64,000 nucleotides of DNA from Vicugna vicugna (taxonomy: Eukaryota), in the NCBI GenBank assembly GCA_013265495.1, contig MU058781.1:62001-126000 (forward strand), written 5' to 3'. A program made the translations under genes and the position numbers. How positions within the stretch are numbered: the stretch's first letter is position 1; every line of letters starts with the position of its first letter. The notes below the pieces were generated by a model. The model was not told the origin of the DNA. It ran no database searches and worked only from the letters and a program-made list of their open reading frames with translations. Below, in pieces: positions 62,106 through 64,000 of the stretch.

Positions 62106-64000
62106 GTCAAACGTACAGCCAGCATAGTACTCAACAGTGAAAAACTCAAAAGCTTCCCACTAAAATCTGGGGTAAGACAAGGCTGCCCACTATCACCGCT
62201 CCTATTCAACATAGTCCTGAAAGTTCTAGCCACAGCAGTCAGGGAAGAGAGAGAAATAAAAGGGATCCAAATTGGAAAATAAGAGGTAGAAGTGTCACTA
62301 TATGCCAATGACATGGTACTGTAGGTCCACGCAAAAACTACTAGAACTAATCAAAGAATTCAGCAAGGCAGCAGGTTACAAGATTAACGTACAAAAATCA
62401 GTCACATTTTTTTACACTAATGATGAATCAACAGAAAAAGAAAGTAAAGAAACAATCCCCTTTAAAATAGCACCCAAAGTAATAAAATACCTAGGAATAA
62501 ATCTAACCAAGAAGATGAAAGAGTTACACTTGGAAAACTATAAACCATTGATGAAGGAAATGAAAGAAGACTTAAAAAAATGGAAAGGTATCCCATGCTC
62601 CTGGCTTGGAAGAATCGATATTGTTAAAATGGCCACACTGCCCAAGGCAATCTACAAATTTAATGCAATCCCTTTCAAATTATCCAGGACATATTTCACA
62701 GAAATAGAAAAAAAATCATAATAAAATTTATATGGAACCACAAAAGACCTAGAATTGCCAAAGCATTGCTGAAGAAAAAGAAAGAGGCTGGAGGAATAAC
62801 TCTCCCAGACTTCAGACAATACTATAGAGCTACAGTAATCAAGACAGCATGGTATTGGTACAAAAACAGACATATAGACCAATGGAATAGAACAGAGAGC
62901 CCAGAAATGAACCCACAAACTTTTGGTCAACTAATCTTCAACAAAGGAGGCAAGAATATTCAATGGAATAAAGACAGTCTCTTCAGCAAATGGTGTTGGG
63001 AAAACTTGGCAGCAGCATGTAAATCAGTGAAGCTAGATCACTCCCTTACACCATACACAAAAATCAACTCAGAATGGATCAAAGACTTAAACCTAAGACA
63101 AGATACAATAAACCTCCTAGAAGAAAATATAGGCAAAACATTATCTGACATACATCTCAAAAATGTTCTCCTAGGGCAGTCTACCCAACCAATAGAAATA
63201 AAAGCAAGAATAAACAAATGGGACCTAATGAAACTTACAAGCTTCTGTACAGCAAAGGAAACCATAAGTAAAACAAAAAGACAACCTACAGAATGGGAGA
63301 AAATTTTTGCAAATGAAACCGATAAAGGCTTGATCTCTAGAATATATCAGCAGCTCATATGACTTAAAAAGAAAAAAACAAACAACCCAATCCAAAAATG
63401 GGTAGAAGACCTAAACAAGCAATTCTCCAGGGAAGACTTACTTACTTATGATCAATAGGCACATGAAAAAATGCTCAGTATCACTAATTATCAGAGAAAT
63501 GCAAATCAAAACTACAATGAGGTATCACCTCACACCAGTCAGAATGGCCATCATTCAAAAATCCACAGATGATAAATGCTGGAGAGGCTGTGGAGAAAAG
63601 GGAACCCTCCTACACTGCTGGTGGGAATGCAGTTTGGTGCAGCCACTGTGGAAAACAGTATGGAGATTCCTCAAAAGACTAAGAATAGACTTACCATATG
63701 ATCTAGTAATCCCTGCTCCTGGGCATATATCCAGAAGGAACCCTACTTCAAAAAGACACCTGCACCCCAATGTTCATAGCAGCACTATTTACAATAGCCA
63801 AGACATGGAAACAGCCTAAATGCCCATCAACAGATGACTAGATAAAGAAGATGTGGTATATCTATACAATGGAATATTATTCAGCCGTAAAAAACAACGA
63901 CATAACGCCATTTGCCACAACATGGATGTCCCTGGAGAATGTCGTTTTAAGTGAAGTTAGCCAGAAAGAGAAAGAAAAATACCATATGAGATCTCTCACA
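62106..64000 (+). mobile_element. LINE-1, 5'-truncated, disrupted ORF2 (RT C-terminal half plus cysteine-rich domain); continues past window end
   Basis: Translations give ORF2 motifs [69 protein letters not shown] and [18 protein letters not shown]. Lesions include TAA at 62280, RT motif YADD read as YAND at 62301-62312, a frameshifting deletion near 62322, a frameshift near 62715, TGA at 63360 and TAG at 63839. Confidence 0.97.

Noticed and set aside
62015..63770. Minus-strand ORFs over the terminal L1
   Set aside because: Antisense shadows of L1 ORF2.
1..64000. CRISPR array, operon or other prokaryote-type system
   Set aside because: The sequence is mammalian, with no regularly spaced repeat-spacer array and no gene-dense coding region.

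Overview
AT-rich, repeat-dense mammalian non-coding DNA (large intron or intergenic). It is most likely camelid, because it holds three tRNA-derived SINEs of the Vic-1 type and I saw no Alu, B1/B2, Bov-A/BovB or PRE-1 copies. I recognise no host protein-coding gene. The only ORFs with recognisable protein content are broken pieces of LINE-1 ORF2 at the right end (62106-64000). The rest is ancient mammalian repeats (L2, MIR, L1M, MaLR/ERVL LTRs, Tigger and hAT DNA transposons), microsatellites and a 33-nt U2 snRNA retropseudogene. Points worth a second look: a 44-bp-arm hairpin (4626-4746); a 93-bp TSD-flanked insertion of unknown origin (11038-11130); a STAT/ETS/GC-box cluster followed by a well-formed 50-nt exon with a strong Kozak ATG (13300-13554); and local AT-to-GC-biased patches over old repeats that suggest GC-biased gene conversion. 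I found no convincing evidence of a new multi-component system. Repeat family names come from my recollection of consensus sequences, not a database search, and boundaries of old repeats are approximate.
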